Both the position numbers and the translations under genes were made by a program. A stretch of DNA of 64,000 bases, from the NCBI GenBank assembly GCA_964642165.1, contig CAZXOC010000003.1, positions 784 to 64,783 of the forward strand, in the 5' to 3' direction. The notes under the pieces are model-generated. The model was not told the origin of the DNA. It searched no databases and was given only the letters and a program-made list of their open reading frames with translations. Below are positions 37,994-46,264 of this stretch, piece after piece (position 1 is the stretch's first letter; every line of letters starts with the position of its first letter). This DNA is from an uncultured Planctomycetaceae bacterium. GTDB lineage: Bacteria > Planctomycetota > Phycisphaerae > SM23-33.

Positions 37994-38581
37994 TCAGCGG
38001 TTTTGGCCGCCACCGCCCATGCCGCCGCCACCGCCCATGCCGCCGCCGCGGCCCATGCCGCCGCCACGACCCATGCCGCCGCCACGACCCATGCCGCCGC
38101 CGCGGCCCATGCCGCCGCCGCGTCCCATACCGCCGCCGCCCATGCCGCCGCCCATGCCCGGCGTGCCGCCGGGCGGCATGGGCTGCTGGGCGGGCGGGGC
38201 CTGGGCGGCCCCGGGCTGGGCGATGCCGAAGTGGCTCGGCACGTTCGGCTGATCGGTGGCCTGAAGCTGGTCGCTCTTGAACTGCTCCACCACCGCCAAG
38301 ACCGGCCCCATGCAGCCCACGATGACGCCAATCCCCGCCGCGCTCAACGTCTGGTAGGCATTGGGCCCGCAGTTGCCGGTCAGCAGCACCTGTACGCCCT
38401 TTTCGGCCATCAACTGCGCCGACTGGATCCCCGCGCCGCTGCCGGCAGTGATGCTCGGGTTCTCGATCGCCTCGTGCTCCATCGTGTCTGTCTCCACGAT
38501 CAGGAAGCACGGGCACCGCCCGAACCGGGGGTCAACGTCGGCGTCCATCGACGGAGCCGTAGCTGTCACCGCGATCTTCAT
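37994..38581 (-). CDS. NifB/NifX-type (Nitro_FeMo-Co) domain protein with a C-terminal Gly/Met-rich repeat tail
   Basis: MKIAVTATAPSMDADVDPRFGRCPCFLIVETD...GVQVLLTGNCGPNAYQTL (PF02579-like), followed by (GGGMGR)n: ...MGGGMGGGGMGRGGGMGRGGGMGRGGGMGRGGGMGRGGGMGGGGGMGGGG, encoded by an 18-nt DNA repeat at about 38030-38150. Confidence 0.65.
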   Translation of the reverse strand: MKIAVTATAPSMDADVDPRFGRCPCFLIVETDTMEHEAIENPSITAGSGAGIQSAQLMAEKGVQVLLTGNCGPNAYQTLSAAGIGVIVGCMGPVLAVVEQFKSDQLQATDQPNVPSHFGIAQPGAAQAPPAQQPMPPGGTPGMGGGMGGGGMGRGGGMGRGGGMGRGGGMGRGGGMGRGGGMGGGGGMGGGGQNR

Positions 38582-38666
38582 TTGCTGTCTCCTTGCCCGG
38601 CCGCGCGGCGCAGCCTGGGCGTTCTGTTGTGCCGTCCGTGCGTCTCGGGAAACCCCGCCGCCGGCG

Positions 38667-39053
38667 TCACGGTTCCTTCGCCTGGCCCTGAAGCTCCTCG
38701 ATACGCTTCTTGATCCCGTCGAGCGCGTCCTCGAAGTACTCCACCTGGCCCTGGAGCGCCGCGAGCTCTTGCTCCTTGCTCATGGCCGCCCCTGCCGGTG
38801 CCGCCGGCCAGGCGCCCGCCGGCATGGGCGCGGCGCCTCCGTAGGCCGGCCAGCCCGCCGCGGCACGCTGCCAGCCAGGCATCCCGGTTGCGTAGAACCA
38901 GTTCCGCCGGCCTCGCCCGCCGCCGCCCCAGCCGAAGCCTCGCCCCCCCACGGGGTTCATGTACCCGGGCATGGGATAGCCCGCGCAGTACCCGGCCGCA
39001 CGTCCTGTCATGGGACCCATTCCCCCCGGGCCCGTTCCATCACCACCTGGCAT
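38667..39053 (-). CDS. DUF5320-like protein (Gly/Pro/Met-rich N-terminus plus C-terminal coiled coil)
   Basis: MPGGDGTGPGGMGPMTGRAAGYCAGYPMPGY... N-terminus typical of DUF5320. C-terminal SKEQELAALQGQVEYFEDALDGIKKRIEELQ coiled coil. Confidence 0.55.
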   Translation of the reverse strand: MPGGDGTGPGGMGPMTGRAAGYCAGYPMPGYMNPVGGRGFGWGGGGRGRRNWFYATGMPGWQRAAAGWPAYGGAAPMPAGAWPAAPAGAAMSKEQELAALQGQVEYFEDALDGIKKRIEELQGQAKEP

Positions 39054-39067
39054 CTTCTTGCTCCTTG

Positions 39068-39952
39068 TCAGTTTGCTTGCGGGGACCCGTTCACCGGTGC
39101 CCGGGCCGATCGCCGCGCGACCAGGCTATTCACCTCGCAGCCCAAGTCTTGGGCGATCACCGGACACTTCGCCTTAAGAATGAAGAAGATCTCCCTCGGC
39201 ACGTCGCTGAGGGTTTCGTAGTTGCCTTGGCCCTTGGCGACGATCAGGTCGGCCCGGTCGAACCGGCGGCGGAAGGCCTCGCTGCAATCGCCCAGGATCG
39301 TCCCCGGCGCGTCGCTGCCGTTGTCGATCACCTCGACCAGGCCGGTCAGTCCGGCGGCCTCGGCGTCGGCTCGCGTCGCGTCGTTGATGACCGGTGCGCC
39401 CTTGACGGCGACGGCGACCTTTTCGGTCGGAAGCCGCTCCAGCAGCAGCCGGTCGAAGACCAGCTCTCCCGCGTTGTCGCCCAGGTAGAGGACCTCCTCC
39501 GCCCGCGCCACGGCGCTGCCGAAGCCGTCCAGGTCCGCCTCCAGCGGGGCGGCCAGCGCGTGCGCCACGCCGTCCCGGACCTTGGCTTCGTCCATCTCGC
39601 CATCGACGCCGAAGTCGATCACGTTGCCCGCGATGGCCAGGCGGACGGCCGTCTCCAACGGGGCCGGCGAGGCGTCCACCTTCGCCTTGAGTCCGGGATA
39701 CATCGCCAGCGCAACGCGCGTGAAGTGGTCCTTGATGTCGCGATACGGGTCGTTTACGCCGGTCAGTCGGCGGATCATGCGCTGGATCCGCTGGCCCATA
39801 GCCGGGGGAGACTGCCGGAGGTCCATCTCCGCCGCGGCGCGGAGCACCTCCCGGAGCACCTGCTCGTGGACGGCCTCGTCGTCGGTCACCAGTCGGGCCG
39901 CGTCCAGGGCCTGACGGACGAAACACGGGATGCAGTCGAAAAACGTCCTCAT
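39068..39952 (-). CDS. DUF89 (ARMT1-like, metal-dependent damage-control phosphatase fold) protein
   Basis: MRTFFDCIPCFVRQ N-terminus, conserved DNAGE motif (LYLGDNAGELVFD) and KGQGNYE motif (LIVAKGQGNYETL). Confidence 0.65.
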   Translation of the reverse strand: MRTFFDCIPCFVRQALDAARLVTDDEAVHEQVLREVLRAAAEMDLRQSPPAMGQRIQRMIRRLTGVNDPYRDIKDHFTRVALAMYPGLKAKVDASPAPLETAVRLAIAGNVIDFGVDGEMDEAKVRDGVAHALAAPLEADLDGFGSAVARAEEVLYLGDNAGELVFDRLLLERLPTEKVAVAVKGAPVINDATRADAEAAGLTGLVEVIDNGSDAPGTILGDCSEAFRRRFDRADLIVAKGQGNYETLSDVPREIFFILKAKCPVIAQDLGCEVNSLVARRSARAPVNGSPQAN

Positions 39953-39961
39953 GCCTGTTCC

Positions 39962-40324
39962 TTACAGCCAGTGGCCTTCCACGTCGGGCTTGTCGACGAG
40001 CGACAGCCGGCCGGCCTTCAGGGCCTCCACCGCGTCTCGGACCGAGCCCTGCGCACCGACGTAGACCTTGACGCCGCCGGCCTGAAGCGTACGGAACGCC
40101 TTCGGGCCGACGTGGCCCGTCACGATCGCCTCCGCGCCCAGGTCGATGACGTTCTGCGCCGCCTGGATGCCGGCGCCCTGGAGGGCGTTGAGGTTCTGCG
40201 AGTTGTCGTGCGCCGTGGCCTGGCCCGTGTCGGTGTCCACGAGCACGAACGCCTTGGCCCGCCCGAATCGCGGGTCGACGGGGCTTGCCAAGTCGGTCCC
40301 TTGAGCCGTGATTGCCGCTTTCAT
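39962..40324 (-). CDS. NifB/NifX-type (Nitro_FeMo-Co) single-domain protein
   Basis: MKAAITAQGTDLASPVDPRFGRAKAFVLVDTDTGQ...AIVTGHVGPKAFRTLQAGGVKVY. The start at MKAAI is in frame 15 codons into the track ORF, whose upstream ATG is at 40369. Confidence 0.65.
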   Translation of the reverse strand: MKAAITAQGTDLASPVDPRFGRAKAFVLVDTDTGQATAHDNSQNLNALQGAGIQAAQNVIDLGAEAIVTGHVGPKAFRTLQAGGVKVYVGAQGSVRDAVEALKAGRLSLVDKPDVEGHWL

Positions 40325-40394
40325 CTTCCATATCTCCAGCAATAGTTTGCTGTTGCGCCGCTGCCTCACGCCGCCCGGGGCGGCGCCTTGCCGG

Positions 40395-40775
40395 CTAGAG
40401 GCCGCCGCGCCAGCCGCGACCGCGACGCCCGCCGCCGCGCTGCCGGCGGCCGAAGCCCCGACCGAAGCCCATGCCGCCCGAAGCCGCGCCGACCACCGGC
40501 CCGCCCTGGATGGCCAGGGCCTGCCCGTCCACGAGGGCGCGGGCGACCTTCGATCGCCCCGACGCCAGGATCCGCGTCACGGTCGGGCGGGAGACGCCCA
40601 TCCTCGCCGCCACCGCCTCCTGGTCCAGGCCCTCGCCGTCGACCAGGCGGATCGCCTCGAACTCGTCCAGCCCCAGGGTCGTCCACTGAAGCTGGCGTGC
40701 GGGCACGCCAGCGGGCTTGTAGACCGTCACGCCGGGCCGGCCGGCGATTATGCGTTGTTTCGGGGGGCGGGACAT
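40395..40775 (-). CDS. DUF134 (UPF0251) family predicted DNA-binding regulator
   Basis: MSRPPKQRIIAGRPGVTVYKPAGVP...LGLDEFEAIRLVDGEGLDQEAVAARMGVSRPTVTRILASGRSKVARAL (sigma-70 region-4-like HTH). Gly/Arg-rich tail. First gene behind the promoter/operator. Confidence 0.7.
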   Translation of the reverse strand: MSRPPKQRIIAGRPGVTVYKPAGVPARQLQWTTLGLDEFEAIRLVDGEGLDQEAVAARMGVSRPTVTRILASGRSKVARALVDGQALAIQGGPVVGAASGGMGFGRGFGRRQRGGGRRGRGWRGGL

Positions 40776-40782
40776 CGCGGCC

Positions 40783-40830
40783 TCATTATGAACCTACGTT
40801 CATAATAGCATCGGCTGGAAATCAGGTCAA
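40783..40830 (-). promoter_or_regulatory. Sigma-70-like promoter (TTGACC-N17-TATTAT) with an overlapping perfect inverted repeat ATTATGAAC-N4-GTTCATAAT (candidate operator) and a GAGG RBS
   Basis: Minus strand reads TTGACCtgatttccagccgatgcTATTATGAACgtagGTTCATAATGAGGccgcgATG. The -35 lies at plus 40825-40830 and the -10 at 40802-40807. The 9-bp arms are at 40785-40793 and 40798-40806. The ATG of the DUF134 gene is at 40775. Confidence 0.5.
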
Positions 40831-41348
40831 GCGCTGCGGAAAAAAGACTTGGTTCAAGTCAGGGCAACGTTCTCGCATCTGGCCTCCGGGCTTGGCGAAA
40901 CGCTATATCTTTATTATAATGTTGCTTACGACTAACGTGGCTGGTGCAGGCTCCCTCGAAGGCGTTCCCCACTCGGAAACAGGGCCGACAAGCGTTGATC
41001 CAATAAACCGGAACTCCGGAATCCGTGCGACGCAAAGCTCTTTCAGAAAGAACCTTACGTCTGCCCGCTACGGGCTGGACCGTTACGTGGACGGCGCGTT
41101 CGTCACTCTGAGGCGCCCGACAGGTCCAGGATCTCCTACTGCTTTATATGAGTTTGCGGGGGGCGAAATGTTTTGTATAGGGGTCGGGGAAAGGACATAA
41201 TGAAATAGAGATATAAAGTTCTGGATAGCAAAGGAGTATGGCGTTTTCCCTATTATTTTAATGGGCAAATGAACCTACACAAAACGACACATTGGTTGAT
41301 CTCGTCGCCATCGAATCGCCCATTGGCGAATGAAGATTTGCGGCCCGG

Positions 41349-41786
41349 TCAGTCCCTCGGCGGCAGGGCGGCGACGTGGAGCCAGAAGTGATCGATGGCC
41401 TGGATCACCCGCATGAACTCCTCCAGGTCCACGGGCTTGGCGACGTAGCAGTTGCAGTTGAGGTCGTAGGCCTGGAGGATGTCCTGCTCGGCCTCGGACG
41501 TGGTCAGGACGATAACGGGAATCCTCCGCAGCTTCCTGTCGGCCTTGATCTCGACGAGGACCTCGCGCCCGTCCTTCCTGGGGAGGTTCAGGTCCAGCAG
41601 GACCAGGTCGGGTGTCGGGGCATGCCGGTGCGGGCCCTCTCGCCGCAGGAACTGCAGGGCCTCCTCCCCGTTGGCGACCACGTGGAGGTGGTTGACCAGC
41701 CCTCCCTCGCGGAAGGACTCCCGCACCAGGCGAACGTCGCCGGGGTTGTCCTCCACCAACAGGATCTCAACGGACTTGCTGCTCAT
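41349..41786 (-). CDS. Receiver-only response regulator (CheY-like)
   Basis: ILLVEDNPGDVRLVRE (phospho-acceptor pocket), [14 protein letters not shown] (D phosphorylation site), VIVLTTSEAEQD, AYDLNCNCYVAKP. The start at MSSKSVE is in frame inside the 174-aa track ORF. Confidence 0.75.
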   Translation of the reverse strand: MSSKSVEILLVEDNPGDVRLVRESFREGGLVNHLHVVANGEEALQFLRREGPHRHAPTPDLVLLDLNLPRKDGREVLVEIKADRKLRRIPVIVLTTSEAEQDILQAYDLNCNCYVAKPVDLEEFMRVIQAIDHFWLHVAALPPRD

Positions 41787-41880
41787 GGGCGGCTCCGAGT
41801 CACCGGGCCGGGCGCGGGGCGTGCGCCGGCCGCGGCGGGGGGATCGCCCGGCCCGGCACGCGGGCAGGATCACCCGACGG

Positions 41881-42327
41881 TCAGCCCTCGGGCTGCTCCA
41901 CGATTCCCGACCAGTAGCCCTTCAGCAGCGTGACGATGCCGATGAGCTGCTCGATGTCCACCGGCTTGGTGATGTAGGACTTCGCGCCCAGGTCGAAGGT
42001 CTGGAGGATGTCGGCGTCCTCGTGAGACACCGTCAGGATGACGACCGGGATCTGCTTGAAGTCCTGGTCGGCGGCGATCTCGGCGAGGACCTCGCGCCCG
42101 TCCTTCCTGGGCAGGTTCAGGTCCAGCAGGATCAGGTCCGGGCGGGGCGCATCGGCGTGGGGGTCTTCTCGGCGCAGGAAGGCCATGGCCTCGATCCCGT
42201 CCTGGACGATGTGGAGGTGGTTGGCGATCCGGCCGGAGTTCAGCGCCTCCTGCGTCAGGCGGACGTCGCCGGCATTGTCCTCGACCAGGAGGATCTCGGC
42301 CGGCCTGCCCATCATGTGCTCAGTCAT
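41881..42327 (-). CDS. Receiver-only response regulator (CheY-like), paralog
   Basis: [56 protein letters not shown] overlaps the histidine-kinase stop (ATGACTGA). Confidence 0.75.
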   Translation of the reverse strand: MTEHMMGRPAEILLVEDNAGDVRLTQEALNSGRIANHLHIVQDGIEAMAFLRREDPHADAPRPDLILLDLNLPRKDGREVLAEIAADQDFKQIPVVILTVSHEDADILQTFDLGAKSYITKPVDIEQLIGIVTLLKGYWSGIVEQPEG

Positions 42328-44608
42328 GGCTGGTTGGCTCCTTTTTCGGCAAGGTGAAGTAGAAGGTGGCCCCCTGGCCGGGCTCGGACTCGACCCAGAT
42401 GCGCCCGCCGTGGCGCTCGACGATCCTCTTGCAGACGGCCAGCCCGATCCCGGTCCCGGGGCACTCGTCTCGTCCGTGCAGGCGCTGAAAGATGACGAAG
42501 ATGCGCTCGTGGTACTTCGGCTCGATGCCGATGCCGTTGTCGCGGACGGCGAAGCGCCACATGTCGCCGGCCGGCTCCGCCGAGAGATGCACCTTCGGCG
42601 GCGCGTTGCCTCGGTACTTGATGGCGTTGCTGAGGACGTTCTGCAGCAACTGCCCGAGCTGCGTGGCGTCGGCCATCACCTCGGGCAGCTCGCCCCGGGT
42701 CACCTCGGCGCCCGCCTCGCGGATCGACGGCCGCAAGTCGGCCAGCACGCCGTCCAGGACGCCGCCGGAGTCGGTGGGTTCGAGCCGGTGGCCGCGCGTC
42801 CGCACGCGGGAGTAGGCCAGCAGGTCGGTGATGAGCACCTGCATGCGCTTGGCGCCGTCCACGGCGAAGTGGATGAAGTCGTCCGCGTCGGGGTCGAGCT
42901 TGCCCCGGTAGCGCCGGGCCAGGAGCTGCACGTAGCTCGACACCATGCGGAGCGGCTCCTGGAGGTCGTGGCTCGCCACGTAGGCGAACTGCTCCAGCTC
43001 CGCGTTGGATCGGGCCAGCTCCGTCTCGGCTTCCTTCCGCTTGGCGATGTCGCTCGCCACGCAGACGATGCCCTGAAGGTCGCCCTGCTCGTCCCGCATG
43101 ACGGAGGCCGAGAACGACACCGGGATCGCCCGCCCGTCCCGGGTCCGGTAGTCCGTCTCGAAGTCCGCGACGGCGCGTTCCTCGAGGATCGTTTCCAGCC
43201 CGGGGCCCCCGAAGGGGTCGTCGCCCGCCAGGATGCTCGCGAAGGGCCGGCCCACCAGCTCGTCCTCCTCGTAGCCCAGCAGCGCGCACGCGGCGGCGTT
43301 GGCCCGCTCGATGACGCCTTCCGGGGAGACGATCATCAGCGTGTCGACCATGCTCCGCAGGATGTTCTCCATGTAGGAGCGGGAGACGGTGGTCTCCTGG
43401 AGGCGTCCGGCCATCTCGTTGAAGTACCGCCCGAGCTGCCCGATCTCGTCGCGAGAGCGGTCCCGCGTCCGCGCGCCCAGGTGGCCCTCCCCGATCTCGA
43501 CCGCGGCGTTTCTCAGGCGGCTGAGACGCCGCGAGATCGATACCGACATCAGCGTCCCGAGCGTCAGGCCGGCGCCCGTCACCGCCACGGCGAGGAACAG
43601 GATCTCGTCCCGCAGGCGCGTGACGGGCGCGAAGATCTCCTCCATGCGATACTCCAGGGCGATCCGCCACTTCGGCGCGCGGTAGCGGACCTCCCCGCCG
43701 CCCCGCGAGAAGGCGCAGACGGCCAGAACCTCGCCCAGCCTGTCGTCGTGCCGCAGGAACGTCCGCACGCCGCCCTCGGCACGCCGGGCCAGGCCCTCCA
43801 GGTACGGCGAGCCGTCGCGCGGGCCCGTGAAGGGCTGGTCCGAGGAGAACAGGATCTTGTCGTCGGCGGTGAACAGCCGCAGGCACGGGTGGGTCGGGTC
43901 CTCGAGGGAGGAGCCCGCCTGCGCGACCCGGGCCTCCAGGACGCGGATGATGCCCTGGATGTCGAAGACGGCCTTCAGCACGCCGAGGAACTCGCCGTCC
44001 TCGCTGTCCACGCGCAGGCAGATGTCCGTGGCGTACACGCCGGCGCTGAGGTCGTAGGCGAAGTCGCGGACGTAGATGCCCTGGTCTCTCGCCCGCTGCC
44101 ACCACTCCTCGTCGTCCTGGCGGTAGTCGGACGTCCGCCCGGACAGCGACACCGTCGCGCCGTACCGGTTCGTGACGAAGACCTCGCCGAAGACGCGGTA
44201 CCCATGGATGCGCTCCAACGCCGCCAGCCGCCTCTTCAGGTCGACCGAAAGCTCGTTGAGCAGCAGGCTGCTCATGTGGGGCGTGAGGACCCCTCGCCCG
44301 GCCGTCTGCCACTCGCGGTCCTGGCGCTCGATGTACCCCTGGACGTCGGGCAAGTCGTCGAACAGGCGGTTGGACTGCTCCAGGCTCCCCCGCAGCAGCG
44401 GGTCGGTGCAGTAGACCCGCCACTCGTCGATGGCGGAATAGACCGTCCGGTCCACCTCGTCGAGGATCTCGTAGACCAGGCTGGCGGACGTCCTCTCGAT
44501 GGACCGGCGCAGCGCCCGCCGGCTGACGGCCACGGCATACAAGCCCACCGCCCAGATCAGCAGGGCCAGCACGACCGACACCAGGAACAACTTGTGCGCG
44601 GTCTTCAT
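42320..44608 (-). CDS. Membrane sensor histidine kinase (periplasmic sensor, HAMP, PAS, HisKA, HATPase_c)
   Basis: TM helix [21 protein letters not shown], a second TM before the HAMP-like region, PAS ([36 protein letters not shown]), H-box [14 protein letters not shown] boxes (NAIKYRG.., [15 protein letters not shown]). Confidence 0.8.
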   Translation of the reverse strand: MKTAHKLFLVSVVLALLIWAVGLYAVAVSRRALRRSIERTSASLVYEILDEVDRTVYSAIDEWRVYCTDPLLRGSLEQSNRLFDDLPDVQGYIERQDREWQTAGRGVLTPHMSSLLLNELSVDLKRRLAALERIHGYRVFGEVFVTNRYGATVSLSGRTSDYRQDDEEWWQRARDQGIYVRDFAYDLSAGVYATDICLRVDSEDGEFLGVLKAVFDIQGIIRVLEARVAQAGSSLEDPTHPCLRLFTADDKILFSSDQPFTGPRDGSPYLEGLARRAEGGVRTFLRHDDRLGEVLAVCAFSRGGGEVRYRAPKWRIALEYRMEEIFAPVTRLRDEILFLAVAVTGAGLTLGTLMSVSISRRLSRLRNAAVEIGEGHLGARTRDRSRDEIGQLGRYFNEMAGRLQETTVSRSYMENILRSMVDTLMIVSPEGVIERANAAACALLGYEEDELVGRPFASILAGDDPFGGPGLETILEERAVADFETDYRTRDGRAIPVSFSASVMRDEQGDLQGIVCVASDIAKRKEAETELARSNAELEQFAYVASHDLQEPLRMVSSYVQLLARRYRGKLDPDADDFIHFAVDGAKRMQVLITDLLAYSRVRTRGHRLEPTDSGGVLDGVLADLRPSIREAGAEVTRGELPEVMADATQLGQLLQNVLSNAIKYRGNAPPKVHLSAEPAGDMWRFAVRDNGIGIEPKYHERIFVIFQRLHGRDECPGTGIGLAVCKRIVERHGGRIWVESEPGQGATFYFTLPKKEPTSHD

Positions 44609-44783
44609 GCCCGAAGCTCCCACCGGACGAACGACTTCCAGGCACGGCCAAACGACATCCCGGCACGAGGCCCGGCGCCCGGCGCCTCCTTCGCACCTGC
44701 TCCCCCGATGCGCGGGGCCCAGTATGGATGCCGCCGCGGCGTTCGTCAACGGCGTCGGCGCGCGCCGGCGGGGGGCGTCGGCC

Positions 44784-46133
44784 CTAGAGCCCCGCCACCT
44801 CCCAGCCCTTGCGGTAGGTGCGGCGAAGGAGCTTCTGGGCGTCGGCGCTGTTGGCGATCTTCATCTTCGCCGCGTCCCACGCCAGCGTGGTGTTCGGCAC
44901 GCGAATGGCGACCGTGCCCAGCAGGACCGTCTCGGCCATCGGGCCCGTGACGCCGAAGTGCGACTCGCACATCTCCCCGCCCAGGCAGGCGTCGACGAAG
45001 TGATGGTAGTGGTTCCGGCCGGGCAGCTTGGGGTACTTGTAGCCCTTGAACTTCTCGCTCGGGAGCAGGCGCGGGCCGCCCCCGTGGCGCAGCAGCATCG
45101 CGCCTTCGGTGCCGATCAGCATGGCCGACTCCGGCGGGTAGTTCGTCGTCTCGGCCATCTTCCGGACGTCCTCGGGCGGGTAGAAATCGCCGTCGAACCA
45201 CTCGGCGGTCAGCTCGCCGTCGGTCTTCTCGCTGGCGGGGAAGGTCCACGTGATGTGGTCGCCCTGCGGCCAGGTGTCCGCGCGGCGCTTCGGCGAGAGC
45301 CGCCACGAGCGCTGGACCTCGGCGACGACGCTCGTGGGTGCCGTCAGGCCGAGGCCCTTCCAGACGGCGTCGAGGATGTGGCAGCCGATGTCGCCCGACC
45401 AGCCCGTGCCGAAGTCCTGCCAGGCCCGCCAGATGGTCGGGTGGTAGATGCGCGGCGCGAACTCGCGCATCGGCGCGGTGCCGATCCACAGGTTCCACGC
45501 CAGGTGCGCCGGCGGCGGGGTGCCCTTCTCCGGGCGCGGGCCCTTCAGGCGATAGTGCTCGACGGCGCCGGGGCGGTTCGAGCAGAGGATCGCCCGCTTG
45601 ATCTTCCCGATGACGCCCTTCCTCATGAGCTGGACGCCCATGCGGTCGCCGATCCCGCTGGCGGCCTGCGTGCCGAGCTGCGTGACGACGCCGGCCTGCT
45701 TCGCCGCCTGGGCGACGGCGCGGCACTCGGAGACGTCGTGGCACAGCGGCTTCTGGCAGTAGACGTGCTTCTTGCGCTTCAGGGCGCCGAGGGTGATCGC
45801 CGCGTGCATGTGGTCCGGCACGGTGACGTTGGCCGAGTCGATCCGGTCGCCCTCCTTGGCCAGCAGCTCGCGCCAATCGGTGTACGTGCGGACGCCGGGG
45901 ACGAGCTTCGCCGCCCGCTCGAGGTGGTTGCGGTCGACGTCGCACATCGCGACGATCTGGACCCTCTTGTGCGACTTCAAGTTGTGCAGGTCGCCCCAGC
46001 CCATTCCCCCGACGCCGATGCAGGCGTGGTTCAGCTTCTCGTTCGCGCCGAGCACGTCCCGACCGACCGCCGCCACGGCCAGCCCGGCCGCCGCGCCCTT
46101 CAGCATCCTCCGCCGACTGATCCGCTTCGTCAT
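44784..46133 (-). CDS. Gfo/Idh/MocA-family NAD(P)-dependent oxidoreductase with a Tat signal
   Basis: Twin-arginine signal [24 protein letters not shown]. Rossmann [33 protein letters not shown]. About 449 aa. Confidence 0.75.
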   Translation of the reverse strand: MTKRISRRRMLKGAAAGLAVAAVGRDVLGANEKLNHACIGVGGMGWGDLHNLKSHKRVQIVAMCDVDRNHLERAAKLVPGVRTYTDWRELLAKEGDRIDSANVTVPDHMHAAITLGALKRKKHVYCQKPLCHDVSECRAVAQAAKQAGVVTQLGTQAASGIGDRMGVQLMRKGVIGKIKRAILCSNRPGAVEHYRLKGPRPEKGTPPPAHLAWNLWIGTAPMREFAPRIYHPTIWRAWQDFGTGWSGDIGCHILDAVWKGLGLTAPTSVVAEVQRSWRLSPKRRADTWPQGDHITWTFPASEKTDGELTAEWFDGDFYPPEDVRKMAETTNYPPESAMLIGTEGAMLLRHGGGPRLLPSEKFKGYKYPKLPGRNHYHHFVDACLGGEMCESHFGVTGPMAETVLLGTVAIRVPNTTLAWDAAKMKIANSADAQKLLRRTYRKGWEVAGL

Positions 46134-46264
46134 GAGTCGCCCTTTCGCCTGGCCGCGTCTCGGTGGCTTCCGGGCAGGCACGCAGCCTGCCCCGCAGACC
46201 ACAGCGTACCATGCACGAGCTTTCCCGCAAGGGGCCTCTTCGCCCGCCCGCCTCGGCGCCGACC

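Noticed and set aside
38030-38150. Regularly spaced 18-nt DNA repeats initially resembling a repeat array
   Set aside because: There are no spacers and the units are contiguous. They lie inside a CDS, in frame, encoding the (GGGMGR)n tail. This is not a CRISPR array. The 14-mer array at 51591-51646 has no spacer structure either.
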